IMG/VR virus record: IMGVR_UViG_3300007513_000001 | Span: 186,001 to 250,000 of that record | Length of the DNA stretch: 64,000 bases | Reading direction: 5' to 3' (one strand) | Part shown: piece by piece, positions 9,301 through 19,419 of the stretch | Numbering within the stretch: the first letter of the stretch is position 1 | How the letters are laid out: every line of letters begins with the position of its first letter | Made by a program: the position numbers and the translations under genes | Notes under the pieces: model-generated | Seen by the model: only the letters and a program-made list of their open reading frames with translations | Databases searched by the model: none | Told to the model about the DNA's origin: nothing

Positions 9301-11127
9301 TTATCAGCAATGGGTCAAGTTCTGCTAATGGTTACTTTGTTCATGCCAATTGCCGCTGCTTTAGGCTTGGTAGCCATGGCTTCTTTTGGAATGGGGATCG
9401 CTGTTGTGAAAAAAGGATTTAAAGTTATTGGAGAACTTGCTTCCTCGATGGCTGAATCGTTAGTTCCAGCTATAGAAACAATAGGCGCCATGCGAATCGG
9501 AGATCCAACCGCTTTTGAGAAAAAGATGGATGCTATTTTTCAAATTATTGAAGCTACTGAAAAATTCGGAGATATGGCAATAAAAATTGCTGTATTAGAT
9601 ACCATAGCAACGGCCGAAGGCGGCGAAGCTGGAGCGATACTAGAGGGAGCAGCTTCGTTTATAGATTCAATGCTTGGCGGTATGGTCGATCTAATAGATG
9701 CCATGGTGTTGATGACAAACTTAATAGGCGAAGATGATATAGGAAAACTTGGTGCAATGGGCAGTCTTATAGCCTCAATATCGACTTTAATGACATCACT
9801 TCAGCCTCCACCCGCTTTACTTGAAGCTATGAAACCATCATATAGTGTTGGAATGCTTGGAGTGTCAAGGCAAGCTCCAGACGTGGCGGGAATTATGGGA
9901 GCCTATGGTGGCGCAGTAGTACGAATCATGAAGACTATGACAAAGCACTTACCGCCAATGCTTAAATCTATTATGGAGCTTGATCTAGGCGAAGACCCCT
10001 GTAAAGCAATACAAAAAATGCAAGCCATCGCTATTGCAATAGACGCAATAGGCAAGATGGCAGCTACTATGGGTGGTATGGCAGCTGAAATGATGTGCAT
10101 CCATGAAAATCAGCGCCATTGGTATAGTAATGATGCTAGTATGACTGATACTATGAAAACTTATAATGGCGCGATTGTATCTATTATGAAATCCATGAAA
10201 CAGCACATTCCAGAAATGCTAGAAGTAGTTATCGAAGCTGCTAAAAAGATAGACAATCCAGAAAAAGCATTGAAAAGCATGGAAGTTGTATCTAAAGCTC
10301 TTACTGCTGTTGGGTCTTTTGCTTCAGGGATAGGATCAATCGCTTCTTTAATACCAGAAGATGATTCTTGGAACCCATTCGCCGATGATCCAGATAGGGC
10401 GGCTCAGTTGACCAACGATATAAGAGACATAGTTGATGCTGTTAAAGACGCCATACCTGGATTAGTTGAGGCTTTATTAAGTGTAGAGATTGGAAATCCC
10501 CAAGCTGCAATGGGCAAATTAGAAGTAGTAAGTGCTGTCTTAGAAAGAGTGGCTCAGTTTGGAAGAGTTATAAAAGGCATCGGTGGAGATATGGGCGATG
10601 CAGGAGGAGCATTAGCTTTTGCCGCTGATGCAACTAACGCATTTGATATAGTGACAACCATTATTACAGGCCACGGAAAGTCTATGGAAGGCAAGTCTAG
10701 CATGCGGGATCTGGTGACAGCTATTAATGATCTTCCAATTAGTAGAAGTACGGGCACAAACTTAGAAATCGCTGGTCAAATGATTGAACACGTTGCGCAA
10801 TTTATAAATCACTCAACAGCGATAATGGAGACAATTAGTGGCACATCATCTTTGGCAATTGGCACTGCTGTTGGCACCGCAGTAGATGCTTATAATGCAG
10901 TTTCTCAAGAACTAACAAGAATAGACCCCATAAACATTGACGCTATTATGTCTGCAGTTGAAACAGGGCTGCAAGTCAACAGAGATCAGATTACAGTCCA
11001 AGATAATGGGCTTACAATTCAGTTAAGCCTTAACGTTACTATGGAAGCTGACGACTTAGCAGAAGTGCTAGTTGAAAAGAAACTTGTTGTAGCCGGAACA
11101 GGCATGGAAAATCAAAACCCAAACTAG
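6370..11127 (+). CDS. Tape measure protein
   Basis: 1585 aa, Ala/Gly/Met-rich and helical, with hydrophobic internal repeats. Sits after the tube and chaperone genes. Confidence 0.85.
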   Translation: MANDDQHQLDIQSQINKVIEARAALMKNVTSEISAQVSMAQELCKALDCEDLEGMQERMDGFHEALNRAGDSARDMDSTLVDIGEAAEDSASSANNLVSELADIAPKATGAVGAMNAFKGVKTSLHGLWDTVSGLGSSLMNIGGAIMGAVSAGIGFLADKAMQAGNANVGFANAMNKLNAAFGESSAQAKNVRGAFDNIKSGSNAMGEAGVSLTAIYGRGPDGMAAALEDITELAKEMGTEFNKLGDDFEKNAGQYMLAYKGLGLSAEALANINKEAMAGGKKTSDVLKMQAKMVGHLSKEYGVSVKQMGKNLSEMAEAHETFGGMSQKQLTATAAFAAKLGVEIKSLASVTKKWDDFASAAEGASELAASFGMAIDTMDMMNADPAEKIGMLRDSFHAAGKSFADMSRQEKARLAELSGGLSTKELETMLDPANAGLSFDELEAAAQDAADGAITQEEANVMLAKSIEKLTEAFGGMTNVGGPLDAFLQGVTQGIMKSPQMREILNNFREVLMTIYNAGKEVGKMFMELFPGMEQFAGGFAELLNPEQWKAMMGDVVEAFREFFILLETDPEAAMDNLIEKIKTIFTDFFAGNEGSSMMQEGLQKMWGAIQGIVGWLAKKLAEFMAQIFDALMKSALFKKAATALGMFVGARFALGLAMAAGQAMFVEWLKNKFFPKGAADKIAKTAGKGVGGAVGEGAEDGVRSNKGIIEALKEITEKDIKKAFKIGMYLVAFVSIAMVALAGAFFLVSKILGALSVEEMVKGIVGLASALGATWVMIQFAKMMKKADIMKASMGMLAAAGMFLVSGYLYATGLKLMHGVLEGIPLLRMVEVMAMLGMALLATWGMILLGSLLVADGGVMMAMTALGMLAAGLLFLITAPIFGAGLVALHDTMAGIDLMRMIEVMAMLGMALLATWGMVMVGATLGSSLVAIGLALIGSLAAGALFVVMSTVLGAAMIEFYNAMSGIDATRMILLLSAMGQVLLMVTLFMPIAAALGLVAMASFGMGIAVVKKGFKVIGELASSMAESLVPAIETIGAMRIGDPTAFEKKMDAIFQIIEATEKFGDMAIKIAVLDTIATAEGGEAGAILEGAASFIDSMLGGMVDLIDAMVLMTNLIGEDDIGKLGAMGSLIASISTLMTSLQPPPALLEAMKPSYSVGMLGVSRQAPDVAGIMGAYGGAVVRIMKTMTKHLPPMLKSIMELDLGEDPCKAIQKMQAIAIAIDAIGKMAATMGGMAAEMMCIHENQRHWYSNDASMTDTMKTYNGAIVSIMKSMKQHIPEMLEVVIEAAKKIDNPEKALKSMEVVSKALTAVGSFASGIGSIASLIPEDDSWNPFADDPDRAAQLTNDIRDIVDAVKDAIPGLVEALLSVEIGNPQAAMGKLEVVSAVLERVAQFGRVIKGIGGDMGDAGGALAFAADATNAFDIVTTIITGHGKSMEGKSSMRDLVTAINDLPISRSTGTNLEIAGQMIEHVAQFINHSTAIMETISGTSSLAIGTAVGTAVDAYNAVSQELTRIDPINIDAIMSAVETGLQVNRDQITVQDNGLTIQLSLNVTMEADDLAEVLVEKKLVVAGTGMENQNPN

Positions 11128-11138
11128 AGAGGAAATAA

Positions 11139-11438
11139 GTGAGTAAAGACGATAAAAAAGAAGATGCATTTACGGAAGAGCAGTTAAAAGACGTAAATCA
11201 AAAATTGAATGACAGCGCCATTCCAGAATTTGATGTGAAGGGCACCTTGGAGTCCCTAGAAGCATATTCTCACTTTTTAGATCAGTGCCCAGAAGAACAA
11301 AAAGAAAAAGTTTTAGAAGATGTCCAAAAGCAAACAGATGCTTGGCAAAAAGTGTTTGATGGTTTTAAAGAAGCGTTAAAAGATCCAGAGTCGAAACAGC
11401 GTTTAAGAAAAATGATAATAGATGGCTGGAAAAAATAA
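11139..11438 (+). CDS. Hypothetical protein
   Basis: GTG start with GAGG SD; charged helical 99 aa. Confidence 0.6.
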   Translation: MSKDDKKEDAFTEEQLKDVNQKLNDSAIPEFDVKGTLESLEAYSHFLDQCPEEQKEKVLEDVQKQTDAWQKVFDGFKEALKDPESKQRLRKMIIDGWKK

Positions 11439-11485
11439 AGCCTTGCTATTTATGAATAGCGGTAAATAAATTAAAAGGAGATAAA

Positions 11486-14400
11486 ATGAGTGAAATAAAA
11501 GATTCTGATTTTGCTCCTGAGCCGTCTAATGCTGACGGGACAGTTAATATTGATTTACCCGATGAGATCCAAGGTATCACTAGCGCTGATCCCCCTAAGC
11601 AAACTTTGGGAGATTGGCTTGCAGACACAACTTCAAAAAATACATACGGCCCAGCAAGCGGGTTAGAGAGAAATCCAGCATTCCAAGGGCAAATAGAAAG
11701 ACCTCCAATTGTAACTGGGGGAGAAAGTTCTAGTGCAAGGGTATTTTTTGATGATGTGTTAGATCAAGCTTCTTCTTATTTTGAAAACATTACCGCTGGT
11801 GGTACACCTGACACCCGCGAGGGCGGAACTTTTACACCAACTCAATTAGCTACTTTATTAGAAAAAAATAACCCACAATCTGCAGATGAAGCAAAAACGG
11901 GAAACACACTATTGTCTAGCGTCGAAGGAGACCCCTTTAATACAGCTGGCACTACAAACTATGGAGATAGTTCTAAAACTGCTTTGCAGGGAAGGATAAA
12001 CGGAGTCTTAAGATATAATAGATTTAGCCCTGGAGGAGAGTCTCCGTATATCCAAGACAGAGAGTACTCAAGAGGAATTTGGGCTAATCAAACAAAGTTT
12101 GGCGAGTTCGATGAAAATGGAAAAACTCCTTCTTTGGAAGATTTAGCAAAAGTTGGTCTATCCCTTATGTTAAGAGCAACAGGAGATAATTCTGATCCAG
12201 ATAGTCAAGGCACTGGTGGCGCGATGTTAACTGGAATATTACCTCAGCTAGCAATGAAAAAAGTGGATGTGGTAGATTTAGATGCTGCTGCCACCCTAGA
12301 TTCAGTTGCAGGAATCACCACTGAAGGATCTACTTTTAACTATATTGATGAGAAAGGTATACGCAGAAAGGGTTCTGCTACAGAGCCTCTAGATGCTGAA
12401 AGCAAAAAATCATTCGGGCAACTAAACAGTTATCTCGAGCCTTTTGGAGGACCACTCCCAACTTCAATGATTTTATTGGCTGTTTTATCTGCGTTAGCAA
12501 CTTTAGTTGCTGGAGTCATCATCGGCCTATTTTTAGATTTAATAATCTTAATATTTCCAAATGTAGACGCTACTCAACCTGGGCAAATATATCCATTGGG
12601 AGCTGCATCTGGAACTCCCGCATATGGAAGAGGTGGCACTGGCCAAAGTATTAAAAAGTTTTTAAACATGCCAGTTCTTAGATCTGGAGAGCCATTCTGG
12701 AAATGTATGTCCTTGGGCGCAGTTCAGTTTTACTCTAAGCTTTTGGGAGTGAGCGCCGGATATTATACTATAGTGTCTAGAGCCGCAATTCGAGATGTAG
12801 AGCAAATAGCTGACGCTTTTTCAAATATGCCATCAATTACAGATCCGATAGGCTTTATCGCAGGCTTGTTTATGATAATGGAGGCATTTGCAACTTCTAC
12901 AACGTTTAATTTTTTAAACACTATAGCCAAAATAGGCGATATTGGTTATCTCACTGGCGGGTGGGGCGGCAAAGGTCCATGGACTCAAAGCCCTTATCCA
13001 GATGGAATTCCGCCTGAACAAATTAAGCCAACGCTTGCTGTTGCACACACAAAGTCTAGAACACTGGTTGCTGGGCAAACAGATGATTCTACTTCTTTAT
13101 CATGGAGATTTGGATCTACTCCGTCTATGCATTTACTTCCTGCTGGTTTTGATACTTACGTGAAAAGAAAAAATTGGCCAGGATTATCTCTAAAAAATGC
13201 TTTTACTTCTGAGGCAGATTCTACTGATAATCCAAACGGATATGAAAAAATACAACGTATGCCAGCTGGTAAATTTAGAATAGACCAAGAGGAAGTAGAT
13301 AGGATAGAAAACATTTTAGATACTTCTTATATGCCATTTTATTTACATGATGTAAGAACTAATGAAATTCTTTCTTTCCATGCGTTTTTTGAAGCGATCA
13401 CAGATAGTTTCGCGCCAAAATGGAAAGAAGAAGAAGGCTTTGGTCGAATGGACCCAGTCCAAATATACCAAAACACTCAGCGAAAAATGGGGATAAACTT
13501 TTATATAGCTGCAACTAATCCAGATGATCATGATGAAATGTGGTATTCTATAAACAGATTGGTCGCAATGGTGTATCCACAGTGGTCTAAAGGAATTCAG
13601 CGGCAAGACGCTGAAGGTAATAAGTTTATTCAGCCATTTTCGCAAATTCCAACTGCTTCACCATTAGTCAGGTTGAGGGTAGGAGAATTATTTAAAACAA
13701 ATTATTCTGATTTAAATCTTGAAAGGCTTTTTGGAATTGTGACCAATGCTTTTGGCTTAGTTGTAGACGATGCAGAAAAATCACAAGAGATTCAAGAAAA
13801 AATTGAAGCTGCCAGCGCTAATGCTCGTGCTTTATTAGAAAAAGCAAATCTCGGCCCTCCTCCGTATGGTGATGTCCTTGGCCTCATAACTACTCTTTCT
13901 TTAGGCCTGCCGGTCATGCCAGCCCAGGGCTTTGCTCCAGATATGCCCGTTGAAGTAACAGCCAACAAGTTCCCGCGGGCAAAATCTGGCTTAGTTCCTG
14001 GAACTTTCGAAATCGATTCAGCTGCTGGAGAGATACAATTAACAGAAGCGCAAAATAGAGAAGGTGTCGTGAAGGGCTGGATTGCCACACCCATGATCAC
14101 TTTGGGAATGTCGGAAGATGATGTTTCTAAAGCTGGCCAAGAAGCGGAGCAACCGCCAGAAGTCAAATATATTGTTGAACTACCTTCTTTGGGGGACGAT
14201 CCAGTAGTTGTTATAGCGAATCAAGCAAATGTGTCAACAGAAAAATCAAACATTCAACAGCGGTACATAAACGCTTTTATAGCCGAAGCTTTTGCAGCTG
14301 GTGGAGCCGCAATACCGCCAGCTGGTATGCCAGGAGCTGCTGGTGATACTAGTGGCAGGGCTGGAATAGCAAACGACGCAGAGTGGTTTTATGCAGAAGA

Positions 14401-14785
14401 AGTGAGAAAATTCTTTTCTGCTGAAGAAAATGCAGTTGTTCGGTCATTTAAGTCTGCGGGTGGACAAGGAATAGCTGGGGTAATAAACGCGCTAGATTTT
14501 GATTATATGATAGACAAGGTTGGTTGGGAAACTGCTCCTGGAAGCAGAGCTCCACAAATGGTTAAAGTTTCTATTGGATTTTCTCCAATACATGATATTC
14601 CTCTTGGCTTGGCGCACGACGGTTCAATGAGGGCAGTTTCACATCCAGTTGGAAGTAAAGTTAGGGGCTTGTATGGAGCTCCAAACGCAGGATATGGAGA
14701 CGAAGCGTACTTCAGGGCCCTCGAAGTGTTTAAGTCAATGACTACTCCGCCACCTCCGCCCACTACTACACCGGAACTGGAATAA
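11486..14785 (+). CDS. Baseplate/tail-tube initiator-like protein (gp48/gp54-type tube domain) with hydrophobic segments
   Basis: Segment PFYLHDVRTNEILSFHAF...D.F.P.W....FGRMDPV..Y.NT.R and SPLVRLRVG resembles tube-initiator domains. Located between the TMP and LysM genes. Confidence 0.6.
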   Translation: MSEIKDSDFAPEPSNADGTVNIDLPDEIQGITSADPPKQTLGDWLADTTSKNTYGPASGLERNPAFQGQIERPPIVTGGESSSARVFFDDVLDQASSYFENITAGGTPDTREGGTFTPTQLATLLEKNNPQSADEAKTGNTLLSSVEGDPFNTAGTTNYGDSSKTALQGRINGVLRYNRFSPGGESPYIQDREYSRGIWANQTKFGEFDENGKTPSLEDLAKVGLSLMLRATGDNSDPDSQGTGGAMLTGILPQLAMKKVDVVDLDAAATLDSVAGITTEGSTFNYIDEKGIRRKGSATEPLDAESKKSFGQLNSYLEPFGGPLPTSMILLAVLSALATLVAGVIIGLFLDLIILIFPNVDATQPGQIYPLGAASGTPAYGRGGTGQSIKKFLNMPVLRSGEPFWKCMSLGAVQFYSKLLGVSAGYYTIVSRAAIRDVEQIADAFSNMPSITDPIGFIAGLFMIMEAFATSTTFNFLNTIAKIGDIGYLTGGWGGKGPWTQSPYPDGIPPEQIKPTLAVAHTKSRTLVAGQTDDSTSLSWRFGSTPSMHLLPAGFDTYVKRKNWPGLSLKNAFTSEADSTDNPNGYEKIQRMPAGKFRIDQEEVDRIENILDTSYMPFYLHDVRTNEILSFHAFFEAITDSFAPKWKEEEGFGRMDPVQIYQNTQRKMGINFYIAATNPDDHDEMWYSINRLVAMVYPQWSKGIQRQDAEGNKFIQPFSQIPTASPLVRLRVGELFKTNYSDLNLERLFGIVTNAFGLVVDDAEKSQEIQEKIEAASANARALLEKANLGPPPYGDVLGLITTLSLGLPVMPAQGFAPDMPVEVTANKFPRAKSGLVPGTFEIDSAAGEIQLTEAQNREGVVKGWIATPMITLGMSEDDVSKAGQEAEQPPEVKYIVELPSLGDDPVVVIANQANVSTEKSNIQQRYINAFIAEAFAAGGAAIPPAGMPGAAGDTSGRAGIANDAEWFYAEEVRKFFSAEENAVVRSFKSAGGQGIAGVINALDFDYMIDKVGWETAPGSRAPQMVKVSIGFSPIHDIPLGLAHDGSMRAVSHPVGSKVRGLYGAPNAGYGDEAYFRALEVFKSMTTPPPPPTTTPELE

Positions 14786-14788
14786 AAA

Positions 14789-15082
14789 ATGAGCGTTTCT
14801 AGATATGGAAGAACACAAATTGTAAAAGGTGGTACTCAGTATGGCACTTCTAAAGGTTCCACAGCCATTTATTATGCTGTTAAGCGCGGCCAAATTAGTT
14901 ACTACAGAAGAGTATCCAAAGAGGGCGAGCGCTTAGACACTATCGCTGGAGAAGTTTGGGGCAACGCGTCCCTGTGGTGGATCATAGCCGCAGCTTCTGG
15001 TATCGGGTGGGGAACTCAAGTTCCGCCAGGCGTAGTTTTAAGAATACCTTCTAATTTAGAAGATATAGCGATGTTTGTTTAA
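14789..15082 (+). CDS. LysM/tail-X baseplate wedge protein (gp53-like)
   Basis: GERLDTIA...WG...LWWIIA..SGI...PG..LRIP motif. Confidence 0.85.
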   Translation: MSVSRYGRTQIVKGGTQYGTSKGSTAIYYAVKRGQISYYRRVSKEGERLDTIAGEVWGNASLWWIIAAASGIGWGTQVPPGVVLRIPSNLEDIAMFV

Positions 15083-15092
15083 GGGGGCCACT

Positions 15093-18000
15093 ATGGGAAA
15101 AGCAGAAATGCTAGAACAGGCTTGCCAATCCCTTGGTGGGTATTTTGGTGCCAACACAAAAGATCGCTTTATGGACAAAGTTTTAGAAACTAATCCAGAG
15201 TTTGTGGAACAACCAGATGGGTCTGTGATGATCGTCTATTATAAAGTAGACGATGAGCTAGCTAAAGAAGTAGTATCTATAGTTGATGGCGGAAAATATT
15301 CGTATGAACTTTTGTCATCTAGCAAATTTGATGGAATAGACGCAGAATCTAAATCTGCGCTTCAAAATGCTTTTATTTTTGTCTGTAAAGATGATGTTGG
15401 AGACCCAGCTGGCTTACGGCACGAAGCAGTAACGATGGCTGATATGTTGGGAGCTACAGCAGCAGGAGTAAACCAAAATCAGCCTTACATGAGATCTCAA
15501 CCCGCGCTTTCCACTATCCAGGTTTTACCAGTTAAGCTTAACTTTTCTAATAGAGATACTGGTGCCCTTCAAATTTTTCTTAATGCTATTCCTACAATTG
15601 AGTGGTCCAGAGCGGTTCCTTATCTATCAGCCGAAGTAATAAGTCCAGGCAATGTAATTCAGGGTGGATTCATTCAAAAAATGGGTTTAATGAGATTTTT
15701 AATGGGCACTGCATTCGTCCAAAGTGATTCTGGTGGCTCTCCCGATGAAATAATGGCAAATGCAGTCTCTGCCGACGTTGCAGGAATGAATGCTGCCGCT
15801 ATAATAGATGCAGCCATAGAAGAAAATAGACAGGCAGATTTACCCGAAGAGCTCCAGAGTGACGAAGAGGCTGCTCCAGCAACATATTCTTCTGCCGGGA
15901 TGGAAATTTTTACTGCTCCCCAGACACTAATAAATGCAGACGAACAATATAGATCTTTTGAAGGGATTGCTTATAGTCATATAGAGGGTGGAATCGCAGA
16001 TATAGGAGCTGCCATGTCGGCAGAAGAAAGAGCTAATAACCAAGAATTCTTTTTTCCCGGAGAGCCAGGATCTACGCGGCCCGCCCCCATTTTAGATCGG
16101 ATGCGGCCATTTATGAGCATCAACGATGTAAATATTAGCGTCAAGCCAACTAACGGAATGATGTCTCATAAATCTGCAAAAATGAAGCTTACTCTTCATG
16201 ATAGATCTAGATTGGCTGAAATAGCTGAATTCGTAAAACCTTCTAGTTTTGGCCAAACGGAAATCTTGCTAGAGTACGGCTGGAGTCATCCCGATTGGGC
16301 TACAAATGAATACGGAAAATTTATAAATTGTTTAAGAGTTAAAGAGAAATTTGGTGTCTACAATACAGCTTACAGCTTTGATGACGCGGGCCAGGTTAAA
16401 ATTACGCTAGATATGGTAACTAAAGGTACTGCCCATATGAATATTACTGACATCGGCATGAGCAGTGAAGTTCAAGCTAAGTGGTATTTCATGGAAAAGC
16501 TGATCGAAAAAATCCGTCAAGTAAGAAGACAAGTTCTTTCTGATGAGGGTATGAGAGATGTAATTGGAATGAGTGTAATTTCTTCTTTAAGCCCTAGCAA
16601 CATTGGAGACGCTTTTGATGGAGAAAAACTTCAAGAGCTTAATGCCTTTATTTCAAATAGTCTTAATAGTGAAAATGAAGATATGGCTGATCTTGCCACA
16701 TATATGAATGACTTAAAGAGTAGTGTAGAAAGTTTTAATACTACGATTGGTGATGTGATCGCTGCTAAAATAACTCAAGCAAAAGCTGTGGGAGACCCTT
16801 TTTTAGTTAAAAGAAATGGAGATCCTTTAATAACTCCATGGATTCAACCTTCTTGGCAGGGGAGGGGAAGCGCTACTATATCTCCAGAAGACAATGCGAA
16901 CTACTGTTCATTAGCAAAAATAATGAACTTATTTTTAGGTTTGCCTATTGCAGAGAGCGGAAGATTTGAAGAAGTTCAAATGATATTTTATTGCTTTAAT
17001 GATAGAGCAAGCCATATGGCTAAATACAATATAGGCTCTTATCCAGTTAGAATAGATGGGGATAATGGATTTGATAAACTTTTCACAGCATATCAAGAAG
17101 AGAAAATTCAAGTTTCTCCTGCTAGATTTATAAATTTTATGAATACTAACTTTTTAAGCAATCAGGCCGCAGAAGCATATGGATTCTCTAAACTATACAC
17201 AAGAAATGACGACGGAAAAGTTGAAGTCACCGAAACTTCAAACAACAATCCTGGAGACACTAAGACGTTTAAGGATGCGGTCCTTGAAGAGGCTTACGGT
17301 ACAACAGAAGGCTTAGTATTTAAACTTCCAAGAGTACAAATGTATGTTGAAGCCGTTCCTCATACCGCAGATGTAGATCCAAGCGAAGCAGGTGAACCTT
17401 GGAGACCCGGCCACGGAAACACAATACTTCGGCTACATTTCTTTGATGCTGTTGCAACAAAATATGCTGGGGAAGCAGATTTAATTAAAGCGTCAAGAAA
17501 TAGCGATATAGGATCTATAGCTTCTGTTTTAAGAGATGTTATATCGACAGAAGATGGAGATCAAAGCCAGCACGGCATTCAGTTCAAACAAACTATGGAA
17601 TCAGCTGTAGAGCACGGACTGCTAGAAAAAGTTGTCGCTAGTGCAGCAGCTGGAGGTGGAGAATTCTGGCGTCCTGTTGGTGGAGTACCAAGACTTAAAC
17701 ACTTTGTCAAAATGTCAATGCCAACAATAAATTATGGGAGCCAAAACTGTTCTGTGAAATCAATATCTGCAGATTCTATGCATAACTCTAAAGATACTAC
17801 TATTCATATGCAAAGAGCTCAAAGAAATGCGTCTTCAGACGCTAATGCTCCCGGAGAACAAGACCGTGGCCTTCCGTTAAGAATGATGCCAATGAAAATA
17901 AAAATCAAGTCTTTGGGTTGTCCTTTAGTTTCTCACGGTCAGCAAATGTTTGTAGACTTCTTTACAGGAACTTCGGTTGACAACACTTATGCAGTAAATG

Positions 18001-18146
18001 GCTTAACTCACGACCTTTCTCCTGGCACTTTTGAAACAAGTTTTGATATGGTTCCATTTGGAGATGCTTATGGAGCTTACGAATCTTTAGACACCATGAT
18101 TCAAAAAGCTTCTGGTATAGTTGAAAGAGCTCAAGAAGGCGAATAA
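15093..18146 (+). CDS. Baseplate hub-like protein (gp27 / late control D-like)
   Basis: Follows the LysM gene, with LLEYGWS and a C-terminal G.P....Q.....G...D..Y.V....H....G.FET motif. Start moved to the ATG at 15093. Confidence 0.6.
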   Translation: MGKAEMLEQACQSLGGYFGANTKDRFMDKVLETNPEFVEQPDGSVMIVYYKVDDELAKEVVSIVDGGKYSYELLSSSKFDGIDAESKSALQNAFIFVCKDDVGDPAGLRHEAVTMADMLGATAAGVNQNQPYMRSQPALSTIQVLPVKLNFSNRDTGALQIFLNAIPTIEWSRAVPYLSAEVISPGNVIQGGFIQKMGLMRFLMGTAFVQSDSGGSPDEIMANAVSADVAGMNAAAIIDAAIEENRQADLPEELQSDEEAAPATYSSAGMEIFTAPQTLINADEQYRSFEGIAYSHIEGGIADIGAAMSAEERANNQEFFFPGEPGSTRPAPILDRMRPFMSINDVNISVKPTNGMMSHKSAKMKLTLHDRSRLAEIAEFVKPSSFGQTEILLEYGWSHPDWATNEYGKFINCLRVKEKFGVYNTAYSFDDAGQVKITLDMVTKGTAHMNITDIGMSSEVQAKWYFMEKLIEKIRQVRRQVLSDEGMRDVIGMSVISSLSPSNIGDAFDGEKLQELNAFISNSLNSENEDMADLATYMNDLKSSVESFNTTIGDVIAAKITQAKAVGDPFLVKRNGDPLITPWIQPSWQGRGSATISPEDNANYCSLAKIMNLFLGLPIAESGRFEEVQMIFYCFNDRASHMAKYNIGSYPVRIDGDNGFDKLFTAYQEEKIQVSPARFINFMNTNFLSNQAAEAYGFSKLYTRNDDGKVEVTETSNNNPGDTKTFKDAVLEEAYGTTEGLVFKLPRVQMYVEAVPHTADVDPSEAGEPWRPGHGNTILRLHFFDAVATKYAGEADLIKASRNSDIGSIASVLRDVISTEDGDQSQHGIQFKQTMESAVEHGLLEKVVASAAAGGGEFWRPVGGVPRLKHFVKMSMPTINYGSQNCSVKSISADSMHNSKDTTIHMQRAQRNASSDANAPGEQDRGLPLRMMPMKIKIKSLGCPLVSHGQQMFVDFFTGTSVDNTYAVNGLTHDLSPGTFETSFDMVPFGDAYGAYESLDTMIQKASGIVERAQEGE

Positions 18147-18190
18147 TTTATAGCTAACCATTTATGGTTTCGTGGTTATTTTATAATATC

Positions 18191-19396
18191 ATGAAACTAT
18201 TGATAGCGTCATCTAATTTTGGAAAAGATAAGCATTTAGCTTATGATGGCGAAAATTATTCTTGGGTTTCGTCAATTGACAATGATTCTTTAATTTTGTG
18301 TGGTGATCCGCACAAGAGTTACGCTATAGATCATCTTTGTTCTTTGCTTAAGCTAGAAAAACCTTCACTTCTTGATGAAGCTCAAAAAAAATCTTTTGAA
18401 GAACTTGGAGTGTCTACATCAGAAATTCCAACTATGTGGATTTACCCTTCAGAAAAATTTAAAAAGCGCTTAGAAAAAATCACAGAATGGGCTTCTGATA
18501 TATACGAAAATTTAGATGGGTATTCCTATATAAAGACGTTCCAAGAAGAACTAGAGTTACTTCAGGGTATGGAAGCGGCTATGTTTGACACAACCTCATT
18601 TAATCGGTGGTGCTTGGGTAAAAGTATAGACAAAAAAGTTAAAAAATCTTTTGCCACAAATCGCTTTGGGTATCTAGAAAGAGTCTCTTACAACAATTAT
18701 TCTACAAGGACTGGAAGGATAGTAACACAGTCTGGACCGCAACTTTTGACGGCTAACAAAGAAATTAGAAAATTTTTAAAATCTAGATACAAAAATGGAA
18801 AGATAATTCAGTTAGATTTCGTATCTCTCGAGCCAAGAGTGGCTTTGTATGCTGCTGAAAATGATTTTGTTCAAGATGTTTACAAGATGTTTAATGAAGT
18901 TTATTTTGCTAATTCTTTAGAGCGCTCTCAAATTAAAAAGCTCGTGCTGTGCGCTCTGTACGGAGCAGGTACAAGAACTTTAAAGAAAATATTGCCAGAA
19001 AACATTTCTCCTTCTAAGGCGGTGAAAAATGTTAGAGAAGCAATGAATTTTTCTAATTTAGTAGAAACCAAGAAAAAAGAACTTCAAGAAGATTCTGAGA
19101 TGACTAATTTTTTTGGAAGAAAAATAATTCCTTCATCTGATCGAGATTCTATCATTTTCAATAATTGGGTTCAATCTTCAGCGGTTGATGTCTCTTTACT
19201 TGGGTTTAGAAAATTGATAAAGAGGTTCAGAGACTTCAATATAAAATTTAATCCTCTCTTTTTAATTCACGACGCTTTAATAATTGACGCGTCTCCAGAA
19301 ATGATCGAAAAATTAGAACCTGAGAGCGATATTAATGTTTTTATAGACGCTTTGGGCAATTTTCCACTTTCGTTGGAATACCTATCCGAAAAGTGA
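18191..19396 (+). CDS. Short family-A DNA polymerase (polymerase domain only)
   Basis: TRTGR, motif A DFVSLEPR, motif B RSQIKKLVLCALYG, motif C LIHDAL. No exonuclease domains recognisable. Confidence 0.8.
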   Translation: MKLLIASSNFGKDKHLAYDGENYSWVSSIDNDSLILCGDPHKSYAIDHLCSLLKLEKPSLLDEAQKKSFEELGVSTSEIPTMWIYPSEKFKKRLEKITEWASDIYENLDGYSYIKTFQEELELLQGMEAAMFDTTSFNRWCLGKSIDKKVKKSFATNRFGYLERVSYNNYSTRTGRIVTQSGPQLLTANKEIRKFLKSRYKNGKIIQLDFVSLEPRVALYAAENDFVQDVYKMFNEVYFANSLERSQIKKLVLCALYGAGTRTLKKILPENISPSKAVKNVREAMNFSNLVETKKKELQEDSEMTNFFGRKIIPSSDRDSIIFNNWVQSSAVDVSLLGFRKLIKRFRDFNIKFNPLFLIHDALIIDASPEMIEKLEPESDINVFIDALGNFPLSLEYLSEK

Positions 19397-19419
19397 TATT
19401 TATATCAAAGGTGTTGAAA

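Noticed and set aside
522-14763. Many minus-strand ORFs of 60-250 aa opposite tail genes (for example 6384-7016 and 7917-8666)
   Set aside because: They are antisense shadows of long, motif-bearing + strand genes, with no SD or recognisable domains.
4889-18146. Extracellular contractile injection system or tailocin interpretation
   Set aside because: The tail genes are contiguous with a full phage replication module, so a phage genome is the simpler reading.
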